A stretch of 64,000 bases of DNA from an uncultured Gammaproteobacteria bacterium (GTDB taxonomy: Bacteria > Patescibacteriota > Microgenomatia > CAYQLK01): positions 52 through 64,051 of the forward strand of contig CAYGIG010000001.1 of assembly GCA_964349875.1 (NCBI GenBank), written 5' to 3'. A program made the position numbers and the translations under genes. This document shows, in pieces, positions 39,356-48,411 of the stretch (position 1 is its first letter; the number at the start of each line of letters is the position of its first letter). The notes beneath the pieces are model-generated. The model was not told the origin of the DNA. It ran no database searches and saw only the letters and a program-made list of their open reading frames with translations.

Positions 39356-39424
39356 AACCTTGAAAGGGGGTGAGTTGTTATAAAAAAATTAATCGCCTTA
39401 TCATCTTCGATTGCCGGAACTTTA

Positions 39425-39763
39425 TTGACCTCAACATTTGCACTTGCTGACGAAATTAACGTAAACCCTTACGGAGTTAACGTCGCTGAACCTGGCCAAA
39501 TCTTAAGTTTCGTAATCAAAGCAATTATTTTTGCTGCGTTCCTTATCGCTTTCATCTGGCTGTTAATCGGTGGTATCAAATGGATCCTTAGTAGCGGAGA
39601 TCCAGGAAAAGTTGCTGCTGCCAGAAGCCAAGTAATTCACTCACTCGTTGGTTTAGTAGTTGTAGTTCTAGCTTTAGCTTTAATTATGCTTGTCCAACAG
39701 ATACTTGGAGTCAGTATTATTACTGGAGATTCATTTACCATTCCAACAATTGGAGGTAACTAG
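39425..39763 (+). CDS. VirB2/TrbC-type T4SS pilin-like protein (paralog 5); the signal peptide appears to be encoded upstream from ~39374 without a canonical start codon
   Basis: ILSSGDPGKVAAARSQVIHSLVGLVVVVLA. The in-frame upstream sequence after the TGA at 39371 reads VVIKKLIALSSSIAGTLLTSTFALA/DE, a textbook signal peptide. Only GTT/ATA/TTG codons are available as starts. Confidence 0.55.
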   Translation: MTSTFALADEINVNPYGVNVAEPGQILSFVIKAIIFAAFLIAFIWLLIGGIKWILSSGDPGKVAAARSQVIHSLVGLVVVVLALALIMLVQQILGVSIITGDSFTIPTIGGN

Positions 39764-39961
39764 GTTTTGGGTATCGTTAAACGCATACCTTGTAGCTTTT
39801 GTTTGAAAAAAAGTGGAAGATCTGTCCTTTTTCGAAGAACAATTAAGCGAGAACTTAAATTTCTAGTTCTTGAATAATATCGATTGCCGGAGAATGTATC
39901 CAGCAATCGATATTTCAAGTTTTAAACAAATTACTGTTATTATTTAGTTAATAGTCAAGAT

Positions 39962-40345
39962 ATGCCCAAATACCTCAAAATAATCTCAGCCTTCATTGCC
40001 ATAAACATCGGTTCTTCCACTGCGGTTTTTGCTGACGGAGAACCGCCGCAGATTGTGCAGCTTACAGAATTGATCAGCAAAATTATTGGATTTATCGCAC
40101 CAATTGCCGGTATTGGTTTCTTTCTAATACTTGTCTACGCAGGCTATTTGTACATCTTTTCTTTTGGTGATCCAGGCAAAGCCGGCAAGGCTCGAAGTGC
40201 CATGCTAACAGCCGTTATCGGTCTTGTCGTCTTGGTACTAATCTATTTAGTTTATGTCGCAATTGGGCTAATGACCGGCTGTAATGTACTTGAACTAAAC
40301 TTCAACAACCCTGACTCGGTTTGTCCAAGTAATACCGGGTCATAA
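39962..40345 (+). CDS. VirB2/TrbC-type T4SS pilin-like protein (paralog 6)
   Basis: Signal peptide, then IFSFGDPGKAGKARSAMLTAVIGLVVLVL. C-terminal Cys pair (GCN...VCPSN). Confidence 0.6.
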   Translation: MPKYLKIISAFIAINIGSSTAVFADGEPPQIVQLTELISKIIGFIAPIAGIGFFLILVYAGYLYIFSFGDPGKAGKARSAMLTAVIGLVVLVLIYLVYVAIGLMTGCNVLELNFNNPDSVCPSNTGS

Positions 40346-40355
40346 TTCAAAAGCC

Positions 40356-41540
40356 GTGATACCACAAAAAAAGATTCTCAGTTTTTTTGTATCCGTCACA
40401 CTAATCTTGGCCTCAGCTCCTCCTGTTTTGGCCGCTGCACCCAAAGTCTGTACCTACCCCGCTCCGCCAGATAGCTCCAACCCAACTTATGTCCAACCAA
40501 CCTGGTTCGAATTAGAAAACAAAACCGAAAACGAATTTAAACCTCCAAGGGCAGTAGTCAATGCCTCAGGAAACTCCGCCGTTGTAAACAAACCTGTATT
40601 ACCCTACGCACGCTCGATGGCCAACTACCTTGAGGGGAAATTTCAAACAGATTCACACCGTAAAGCAGATATTTCAAAATTTACCAATAATGAACTCAGC
40701 AACTTTAATGGACCATTAATAAAAGTATTACCTAAAAACAACCTCGACAAGCTCCGTCAAACCTATGTCGAAACAGTCTATCAGCTCTCCAAATCAGGCA
40801 CCACCAAGCTCGAGGAAGCAACCGCAGAATATGCCGACTTCTGTGGTCAGCATTTCAGAACAATTAAGGACCTATATTCAGCTTGGGGCAAACCCAAACC
40901 TCCGGGGCTAGACCAAGGTGTTTCCAACTCCAAATGGGAGAGTACTTGGGGAAGATATTGGGCAAAAATTCCTCTAGTCACCAATTGGACCTCAAGAGGC
41001 TGTCTCTCCTCGACATCTGACTCAAAAGACGTTTCCGAATCCTGCACTCCCGGAAGAGATTTGCTTCTAGGTGTCCCTTCTGTTGCCAGACTGGCTGCGC
41101 TTTCTCAAATCTTGCAGCAAATCACTATTCCGCAGGACCTAATCAAAGAAGCCAAAGATTTTAATCCCGAACCCGCCAAGGCCGAAGGACGCGAAGGCCC
41201 AGGAGAAGAATATATTCTTCTCTACAATAGCTCAGGCGTAGTTGCTAATTCTGTTGCTTACACCAAGACCGGTAGTCTAATTTCTGCCCGCATACCTTAT
41301 GTTGACGTCGCCTGGAAATCCTTAGTTCGCAAAAAAACCGGCGGTTTTAGACTGTTTGGCCCAGGAGATTTTTGGAGTACCCACAACACAGGCGAATTTT
41401 CCGATACAGCCTCAACCAGACTTAAAGGCTTTGGTAGTTCCAATCAAGTCTGGGCGGGTTACCTAGGCAGCATTCAAACCGCTAAAGAAATCATCCTAAA
41501 AACCATTACCCCTAAAGATGTTGAAATCAAAAAAGAGTAA
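40356..41540 (+). CDS. secreted protein of the T4SS-like locus (signal peptide; possible pilus-associated or adhesin component)
   Basis: GTG start. MIPQKKILSFFVSVTLILASAPPVLAAAP signal peptide. Mature part has several Cys. No known motif. Confidence 0.45.
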   Translation: MIPQKKILSFFVSVTLILASAPPVLAAAPKVCTYPAPPDSSNPTYVQPTWFELENKTENEFKPPRAVVNASGNSAVVNKPVLPYARSMANYLEGKFQTDSHRKADISKFTNNELSNFNGPLIKVLPKNNLDKLRQTYVETVYQLSKSGTTKLEEATAEYADFCGQHFRTIKDLYSAWGKPKPPGLDQGVSNSKWESTWGRYWAKIPLVTNWTSRGCLSSTSDSKDVSESCTPGRDLLLGVPSVARLAALSQILQQITIPQDLIKEAKDFNPEPAKAEGREGPGEEYILLYNSSGVVANSVAYTKTGSLISARIPYVDVAWKSLVRKKTGGFRLFGPGDFWSTHNTGEFSDTASTRLKGFGSSNQVWAGYLGSIQTAKEIILKTITPKDVEIKKE

Positions 41541-41593
41541 TTTTGCAAAAACTCATCGGTTAAGCATAAAATAAGCTAATTACTGCCAAACAA

Positions 41594-43279
41594 ATGCGTC
41601 TCAAACTAGTCCTGCCAATTATCGTAATAGCTAGCCTTCTCCTAACATTTTTCAGCTTCAAACCAGTATTTGCCGAGGACCCTTTTAAATGTGACGAGCA
41701 AGCAGCAGCCGCTGGCGGTGCAGCTTCAGGCACTTCAGCAATTTCCAACCCCCAATTGGGAGTCGGCGAAACAGTTCAACCCTACCAGCAATCAATTTGT
41801 CAGTACAAAAATGCCCTCGACGAGGACGATGTTAATCTGCAAAAATTCAACCTCGGCCTTATGGACAATCTTGCATTTGGCATTAATCGCCAAATTACCG
41901 GCCTCCCCGCAACAGACGCAGAATTAGCCTGTCTGGAAGCAGGTACATGCAAAACCAGTGCCGCAATTCCTTTTCTGATGAAAAGCATTTCTATGCTTTA
42001 CACTGAAAAACCGGCTTCAGGAGTGCAATATTTGGCCGACCTTAAATCAAAAATCACAGGCGACACACTCGCCGCCCAAACTGGCTACGACGCACTTAAA
42101 CCTACCCAAGCTCTTTGGACAACCTTCCGCAACCTCACCCTTCTTTTGTATGTCATTTTCTTTATCGTTATTGGTTTTATGATTATCTTCCGCCAAAGAT
42201 TAAGCTCTAGCTCTGTCGCTTCTGTTCAAGCGGTATTGCCAAAAATAATTGTCAGTCTAATTCTAGTAACTTTCTCCTATGCCATTGTTGGCTTAATGAT
42301 CGACCTGATGAACTTTTTCATCGCCATTATGATTAATATTCTTTCCACTCAAGACGTGGCCAGAGCAAACTCGAACGATATTTACTACAACAAAAGTGTC
42401 TTTAGTTTTATGTTTAATGACCTTTTTCTGAAAAATATCACAGGTATATTTTCTGTGCCGAACGATATTATCTCAGGGGCTCTTGATGAGGTCGACGTAA
42501 TGCCTGACTTAATTAATAATTTTGCCTCAGGATTACTCGCCGGCCTCGCAGTTGCTGTCATTGCAATAATGCTACTAGTCGCAACATTTAGAGTATTCAT
42601 GATGTTGCTAATGGCTTATGTTAAGGTCTTTTTCTACACCATCTTTGGGCCACTGATGATTGGTATTGGTGTTATTCCAGGTATGCCGGGATTTGGGCCA
42701 TGGATAAGAAACATCGCCGCACAACTCTCAACATTTGTCATTACTATTCTAATGATTATTTTTGCTGCGTACTTTATGGGAGTCAGTAAAGGCGATAACG
42801 GAATAACCTCAGGCGAAGCGACAATAACCTCAGGCGAGGGTTGGAATGCGCCATTATTGGGCGGCTTCACAAACCCTGAAGGTGGCGGTAACGCACTAAA
42901 GGGAATGATTGGTATAGGAATACTTTTAGGTATTCCGTCGGCAGCCAAAATCGCTCAAGACGCCTTTAAGGTTAAAGGTGGTGGAATTGGCGGCATGATC
43001 GGCGGAGCAGCCGGCGCTAGTGCTGGTGCAGGCATGGCAATGGCTGGAAGTCCGTTTAGAGGCGCTGCCGGCAGAGCAAAAACAAATGTCAATAATTTTG
43101 CCGGAGAAAGATTGAACAACACTTTTAATCCATTGAGTGCTGACCGAAGATATGACAGGCTCTCAAGACAAGCAGGTGCCTCCACACCAATAAACCCAGG
43201 TACTTCAGGTCCTGCAGGTCCAACATCGGTACCGGGAGCTAGGAATAGAGTCGCAAACCCCTTCCGCCGGAGAACATAA
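41594..43279 (+). CDS. VirB6/TrbL-like polytopic membrane protein with N-terminal Cys-rich exported domain and Gly-rich C-terminal tail
   Basis: Signal peptide. ~150-aa domain with 5 Cys. Then 5-6 TM helices (LLLYVIFFIVIGFMIIF, IIVSLILVTFSYAIVGLMIDLMNFFIAIMI, LLAGLAVAVIAIMLLVATF ...). GGIGGMIGGAAGASAGAGMAMAGS tail. Placed between the pilin array and VirB4, as VirB6 is in Gram-positive systems. Confidence 0.55.
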   Translation: MRLKLVLPIIVIASLLLTFFSFKPVFAEDPFKCDEQAAAAGGAASGTSAISNPQLGVGETVQPYQQSICQYKNALDEDDVNLQKFNLGLMDNLAFGINRQITGLPATDAELACLEAGTCKTSAAIPFLMKSISMLYTEKPASGVQYLADLKSKITGDTLAAQTGYDALKPTQALWTTFRNLTLLLYVIFFIVIGFMIIFRQRLSSSSVASVQAVLPKIIVSLILVTFSYAIVGLMIDLMNFFIAIMINILSTQDVARANSNDIYYNKSVFSFMFNDLFLKNITGIFSVPNDIISGALDEVDVMPDLINNFASGLLAGLAVAVIAIMLLVATFRVFMMLLMAYVKVFFYTIFGPLMIGIGVIPGMPGFGPWIRNIAAQLSTFVITILMIIFAAYFMGVSKGDNGITSGEATITSGEGWNAPLLGGFTNPEGGGNALKGMIGIGILLGIPSAAKIAQDAFKVKGGGIGGMIGGAAGASAGAGMAMAGSPFRGAAGRAKTNVNNFAGERLNNTFNPLSADRRYDRLSRQAGASTPINPGTSGPAGPTSVPGARNRVANPFRRRT

Positions 43280-43305
43280 GTTAATCCAGGTTTTTAGAAA
43301 AAAAA

Positions 43306-46131
43306 CTACAAATCCTTCTTTATCTGATCTTTACTCTGATTAAACAAGGTTTTTATCCAAAATACTGGCACATTCAATAATAAATTCTTCGGAGAAAGCA
43401 CCTCCCTTGCAAAAGCCTTAGTAATCTCCGCCGGCCTACTAACAAAAGTACGCTTCACTTTACCGCCATAAAGTTCTTTAAGTAATTGGTCCATTTCACT
43501 CTTACCAAGATAAACCGGCACTTGCTTGAGCAAATAGTCCTCAACTCTTCTCGGCCCCCATCTGCCATACTGCGGCTTATTATCTCCTTTAACATTTATT
43601 ACTCCGTTTACACTCATCTTATGTACCATCAATGCCTGCAATACACGCCTATTAAATTCGCGCCGGTCATCAGGTGATTTTGCAAAATAGCTATCCATTA
43701 GTGCTTTGGCTCCCTCTTCTGTCGGGCTCATTTCAAACGCTTCTAACTTACCGTACATGTCGTTAGTTTCAGTTGCTGCCGCGTCTTTATAAACATCATC
43801 TTTAAGATTGGTCACAATATTTGTATTCCTTTTTATTTTCTCTCCGAAATCGTCAATATTTTTAAACTCTTCAAGACTGCTCGAACCAAACAAGGCCATT
43901 AACTTTTCGGATGGATCTGTATATTTGTAAAATCCGTCTCTTAAAAATATGTGTTCAAAAATCGCCTGGTTCTCAAAATTAACCTTATTTCCCCCAGCCT
44001 CGATCATCCACTGCGGAAAGCGATCCTTAATTAGCGCATTGTCCTTGTAATTACCCGCAAAAATGTAATTTCTGTCATTAAAATATTTACCAGCCTTTCC
44101 CTTTGTTCCTTCGTCTCCAGGTTTTGGCGCCACCTTGATTGGCTCGATGACAATTGGCGCAATTGTCGTTTCGTAAAAATCTCTAGCAACAGCCATTCTC
44201 TGCTCAAAGGCAATTTTATTTGCTGAATACTCATTCGAGCCTTTAATTTTATCCGTCAACGCCTCCTTTTTTGCAGAATCACTATCATCGATCTCAAAAC
44301 CGTTTATCTCCGCAAACTTTGCTCTATATACACCGTTTTCCAAAAATTTTGCGTTCAACTTACTCTTTACAAAAACCTCTTTCATTTGCTGTTTAAATTT
44401 AAAACCCACTGTCCAATTATCCTGATGAGCGTCCTCAAAACCACTTTGCTCATCTGAACTCAATGCTACATATTGTGCCTGCAAATCATCGTCAACAAAA
44501 ACCCTGCCCTCATTGCCTAAAACAGTTTCATTTTTTAACCTGCTTCTTACTTCTTCTTCCGATTTTAATTCTGGAGCATTATTAATAGCCTTAAATACCG
44601 CAGAGTCTGCTTGATATCTCGCCAAAACCATCTTTCTTACAGCTTCCCCTTCCGCACCACCCAATATATCAACCAAAGCTTCGTAATTAAGTGTGCTAGA
44701 TAACGCTTCAGAAACCTCCTTGGCACCCCTGCCTTTAGCGGCGACAGCGAAATTATGCATTCTCCTTAAAGCTTCATATTCTCGTTTAAATTGATCTATG
44801 TCTGGTGAGAACGTTTGTCTAGTATCTGGATCAAGCTCGTCAAATCGGCGGATTTTATCACTATTAGCCGGAATTTCGCTGGGCTTTTCCAAATCCTGCA
44901 ACGCTCGTAATTTAATAATCTCCAACGGATTAAATGCCTCAATTGCACTACTAACTTCCAATCTTGCTTTTTCCAAAACAATATCTAAAGCATCTGCTCT
45001 CAAATCAAGCTCCTGTCTTTCTTCAACCTTCTTAACTTCCTTCTCTCTTAATCCTTGAATTGCACCAGACAGATCGTTAAATCTATTTAAAAGTTCCTCT
45101 TTGTTTATTCTGATACTGTCCGTTGCACGAATAGTCTCAATAATTCTTTTCTCCTGGTCTTTAATCCTGGTATAAATCCTGTCTCTATCTGTTCTATAAG
45201 CATCTTTACTACTCTCAGTTTCAAGTGTTGTCGTAAGTGCTTCCGAAATTTCATCGAGTTCAGCCAATTCAGTAACTGAGGCGGCCCCACTACTCTTTCT
45301 CTCCTCAAGCTCTTTCTTTCTTCCCAACTTACTGACACTTTTTTCGGCCGTGGGTTTGGACTCCGATTCTGCTGTAGGAGGCTTTGCTCCAAAAGCAGCA
45401 AAGGCGCCTTCTCGGTCACGAGTATTTAGTAATTGTTCAAAAAAATTAGCCGTCACCTCCATATCTCCACCAAGCTCTTCAGCTTTGGCTCTAATAGCTT
45501 CACTTGTAATACCTTCCGCCTGAAATCTCGCAAACAACCTCGCCGCTCGCTCTTCCGGACTATCGGTACCGTCAGAACCACCAGCATCAGTACCACCTGA
45601 ATCGCCCGAGTCCGCCGAATCATCAAAATTGTCGAAGTCGCTTGCAAAATAAGCTTGACTTATATCGTTTATTGCCTCATCCCTACTTCTTAACAGATCA
45701 AACCTATAGCTACCCCCGTCGATAAAAGAGGCATATTTAACTCCGTCATTTCCGACTACTATTGACTGTATTCTTTTTGGTTTGGCCCATATAAAAACTC
45801 CGCTGGTTCCGTTCTTATCCACCGCAACAACCAAATCCCCCACTTTAAAAGGGGAAGGATCATCATCCTCATTTTCATTCTTGGAAGTTTTTTCATCATC
45901 GCCCGTATCTTTCAAAATACTCGGATCTTGTCGCTCTCCAGGATTACTTGCGTCACGTCCGTCAAGCTCCTTCTCAAAAAAGTTTGCCGCGGCCTCTATG
46001 TCTCCATGAAACTCATCAGCTTTTGCTCTAATTTCGTCCGAAGTTATACCTGCCGCGCGGATTCTCGCAAACAACTCATTTGCTCTCTTTTGTGGATCTT
46101 CTAAAATAGAATCTTCTCTCTGTTCTGCCAT
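43306..46131 (-). CDS. large acidic hypothetical protein (941 aa) with two ~40-aa UBA-like internal repeats, embedded antisense in the T4SS-like locus
   Basis: Repeat 1 ELFARIRAAGITSDEIRAKADEFHGDIEAAANFFEKEL. Repeat 2 ARLFARFQAEGITSEAIRAKAEELGGDMEVTANFFEQLL. Asp/Glu-rich linkers (DSADSGDSGGTDAGGSDGTD). No Walker, HUH or TM motifs seen. Confidence 0.5.
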   Translation of the reverse strand: MAEQREDSILEDPQKRANELFARIRAAGITSDEIRAKADEFHGDIEAAANFFEKELDGRDASNPGERQDPSILKDTGDDEKTSKNENEDDDPSPFKVGDLVVAVDKNGTSGVFIWAKPKRIQSIVVGNDGVKYASFIDGGSYRFDLLRSRDEAINDISQAYFASDFDNFDDSADSGDSGGTDAGGSDGTDSPEERAARLFARFQAEGITSEAIRAKAEELGGDMEVTANFFEQLLNTRDREGAFAAFGAKPPTAESESKPTAEKSVSKLGRKKELEERKSSGAASVTELAELDEISEALTTTLETESSKDAYRTDRDRIYTRIKDQEKRIIETIRATDSIRINKEELLNRFNDLSGAIQGLREKEVKKVEERQELDLRADALDIVLEKARLEVSSAIEAFNPLEIIKLRALQDLEKPSEIPANSDKIRRFDELDPDTRQTFSPDIDQFKREYEALRRMHNFAVAAKGRGAKEVSEALSSTLNYEALVDILGGAEGEAVRKMVLARYQADSAVFKAINNAPELKSEEEVRSRLKNETVLGNEGRVFVDDDLQAQYVALSSDEQSGFEDAHQDNWTVGFKFKQQMKEVFVKSKLNAKFLENGVYRAKFAEINGFEIDDSDSAKKEALTDKIKGSNEYSANKIAFEQRMAVARDFYETTIAPIVIEPIKVAPKPGDEGTKGKAGKYFNDRNYIFAGNYKDNALIKDRFPQWMIEAGGNKVNFENQAIFEHIFLRDGFYKYTDPSEKLMALFGSSSLEEFKNIDDFGEKIKRNTNIVTNLKDDVYKDAAATETNDMYGKLEAFEMSPTEEGAKALMDSYFAKSPDDRREFNRRVLQALMVHKMSVNGVINVKGDNKPQYGRWGPRRVEDYLLKQVPVYLGKSEMDQLLKELYGGKVKRTFVSRPAEITKAFAREVLSPKNLLLNVPVFWIKTLFNQSKDQIKKDL

Positions 46132-46384
46132 AATTTAAATATACCTCATTATACCACTTTTAGCCTTATTGGATAGTCCCATAGTTTTTATATTAAGCTC
46201 ATATATTAAATAATAAAAATAGACAAATATCTCTCATTTGCCACTCCTAAATCAGCTTCAAAAATTTCACGCTTTCTTTTCACTGCAACCTATATTTTTT
46301 TCTGCTAAAATCGCTATGCAAATAACATCCTGCCTTTACTCTAATTAATTATTGCACCATAAAAAAGCGGGATAAACCTTTGAT

Positions 46385-48409
46385 ATGGAAGAGCATGCTG
46401 TACCGCAGAACATAACTAATTTTGAGTTCAAACTTTTTGGCCCTTTTACCATCCATCAATTCATTTATGTTGCCATAGGCGGCATTATCGGAGCTGTTTT
46501 TTATTTTTCACCGCTTCCAAAAGGCATTGCTTATATTCTTGGTGGAATTGCTGTTTTTGGAGGTATCGGGTTTGCTGCCATCCCTTTGCAGGGCAGGTCT
46601 CTAGATAAATGGATTATCGCTTTCTTTCGCTCAATTACTCACCCAACCCAGCGAATTTGGATTAAAGATAATCACATTCCATATTTTCTCGAAACCAGCT
46701 TTCTGCAAACCACCCCTCAACCTACAACTACCCAGCCTCTTGCCTCGCCGCGCCTTAATCATGCTGATTTACAAACACTTTTAGCCAAGCAACGCCGCAC
46801 CACAAACGATAATCCCTTCGATCAAAAAGAAAGTCAGTTTTTGAGTCAAATTTTAAGTCTTAACTCGACCGTTAAAGCTACAGCCGCACCACCACCCCAA
46901 AATCAACAAGCCAATCAATCCCCATTCTCTCCATTCCAAAAACCTTATCGAACTTCGCGTCCAATTATTCAAGCCACTCCTAAGCCGGCCCAGCTTTTAG
47001 TGCGGGAACAGGAGATAAAAGCACAAGAACTAGCTTTGGCTGAAAAACAGAAGGAATTAGAAGCAACCAAGCTCAAACTCGAAGCTGAAAAGCAAAAAAA
47101 ACTTGAACTTCTAACTCAAAAACCTACCATTCAGGCGCACGCAATCGGCAACTTAGAGATTCAAAAACGTCCTGAACCATCTCCAGCTTCTACTCCGATC
47201 ATAAAATTCTCCGACTATCCGGAAAGCCTTAATCCTGATCGCGAGATCAAAGTTCTGCCTTACAACCCAATCACTGCCCCTGCTGGATCCACAGCTCCTC
47301 AAAATCCTCACACGGACCACACCGCAACCGACCAGGCCTCTAAACAAAGGCTGGCCGAGCTTGATAAAGTTCTTCTGGCCCAGCAAAAGATCGAGGCTGA
47401 GATAAAAGCCAAAGAAGAAGAAATTAAGCATCAGCAAACAAAAATTCAGCAGGAAGAAGAAAAGTTCACTCAAGCATGGAAAGATTTCGAAAAAACCAAA
47501 AGCCTGATCGAAGGAGGGGTTGATACCTCCACACCTGACGCGCTGTCTAGACACATGCTTACAAATATTGGCAAAAAAACCACTGTTGCACCAATGCCGT
47601 CATCAAACTTCTCATCTCTTTACAGCACCCAGCCAATCGCCGCTCAAATAGCTTCAGACATAAATTTCGGCGGTAATGTAATTGCCATCCCCGGCATTAA
47701 AGTACAATTTCTTCAAGGCATTGGAGACACTAGAATCAGAAAACTTCGTTCCAGACCGCCTGATTTTTCAAAAGCAACCCTGCCAATTCTCGGAGAAAGA
47801 CAGTTTGATATCAGCAAAGAACTGAAAAAACGCTACGAACAACCCTCAGAATCCACAGCCGTCAAAACCGCACCAGCAACGGGAATTTCTATTGAACAAA
47901 TAAAAAAAGTCGGCGACTTTCAACCAGTCAGGGCAGGAGAAATAAAAGAGCACGAGAGTAAAAACTTTACCCCGCCTCCAAGCCCTAATATTCACCCCAA
48001 ACCAGAAAAACAATCTAAAACACAGGAGAATGTTGAACACACCCCCGCCCAGCGACCTAAACACGGCCAAATAGTCCAACCCTTTAACTACCAAAAAGAG
48101 ACTTCAAATACCGCCCCAAAAGCCGAAGTCAAAATCAACCTTTCCGAACATTCCAACACTCCCAACGGTATTGTTTACAATAGCCAGGGCGGGCTGATCC
48201 AGGGAGCACTAATCTCTGTATTTGATCGTGACGGGGTTCCTGTTAGGGCTTTCAAAACTAACGGTCTTGGTCAGTTCGTCTCCGTCACACCACTGCCTGA
48301 TGGACACTATACGATTCAGACAGAATTTAACGGTTTAAACTTTGATACAATTGCCTTCGATGCAGAAGGAAAGCTTCTTGATCCATTTGCTATAACTGCT
48401 AAAAACTAA
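46385..48409 (+). CDS. PrgI/VirB3-like membrane hairpin fused to coiled-coil, Pro/Gln-rich linker and C-terminal carboxypeptidase-regulatory-like beta-sandwich domain
   Basis: N-terminus FEFKLFGPFTIHQFIYVAIGGIIGAVFYFSPLPKGIAYILGGIAVFGGIGFAAIPLQGRSLDKWIIAFF is a two-TM hairpin like PrgI/TcpE/VirB3 analogues upstream of VirB4. Then a heptad region (KELEATKLKLEAEKQKKLE). C-terminus GIVYNSQGGLIQGALISVFDRDGVPVRAFKTNGLGQFVSVTPLPDGHYTIQTEFNG is CarboxypepD_reg-like. Confidence 0.55.
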   Translation: MEEHAVPQNITNFEFKLFGPFTIHQFIYVAIGGIIGAVFYFSPLPKGIAYILGGIAVFGGIGFAAIPLQGRSLDKWIIAFFRSITHPTQRIWIKDNHIPYFLETSFLQTTPQPTTTQPLASPRLNHADLQTLLAKQRRTTNDNPFDQKESQFLSQILSLNSTVKATAAPPPQNQQANQSPFSPFQKPYRTSRPIIQATPKPAQLLVREQEIKAQELALAEKQKELEATKLKLEAEKQKKLELLTQKPTIQAHAIGNLEIQKRPEPSPASTPIIKFSDYPESLNPDREIKVLPYNPITAPAGSTAPQNPHTDHTATDQASKQRLAELDKVLLAQQKIEAEIKAKEEEIKHQQTKIQQEEEKFTQAWKDFEKTKSLIEGGVDTSTPDALSRHMLTNIGKKTTVAPMPSSNFSSLYSTQPIAAQIASDINFGGNVIAIPGIKVQFLQGIGDTRIRKLRSRPPDFSKATLPILGERQFDISKELKKRYEQPSESTAVKTAPATGISIEQIKKVGDFQPVRAGEIKEHESKNFTPPPSPNIHPKPEKQSKTQENVEHTPAQRPKHGQIVQPFNYQKETSNTAPKAEVKINLSEHSNTPNGIVYNSQGGLIQGALISVFDRDGVPVRAFKTNGLGQFVSVTPLPDGHYTIQTEFNGLNFDTIAFDAEGKLLDPFAITAKN

Positions 48410-48411
48410 AG

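Noticed and set aside
43306-46131. Idea that the large antisense protein is the missing relaxase or VirD4 coupling protein
   Set aside because: No HUH/Y relaxase motifs, no Walker A/B and no TM anchor were seen by eye. It is kept as a hypothetical protein only.
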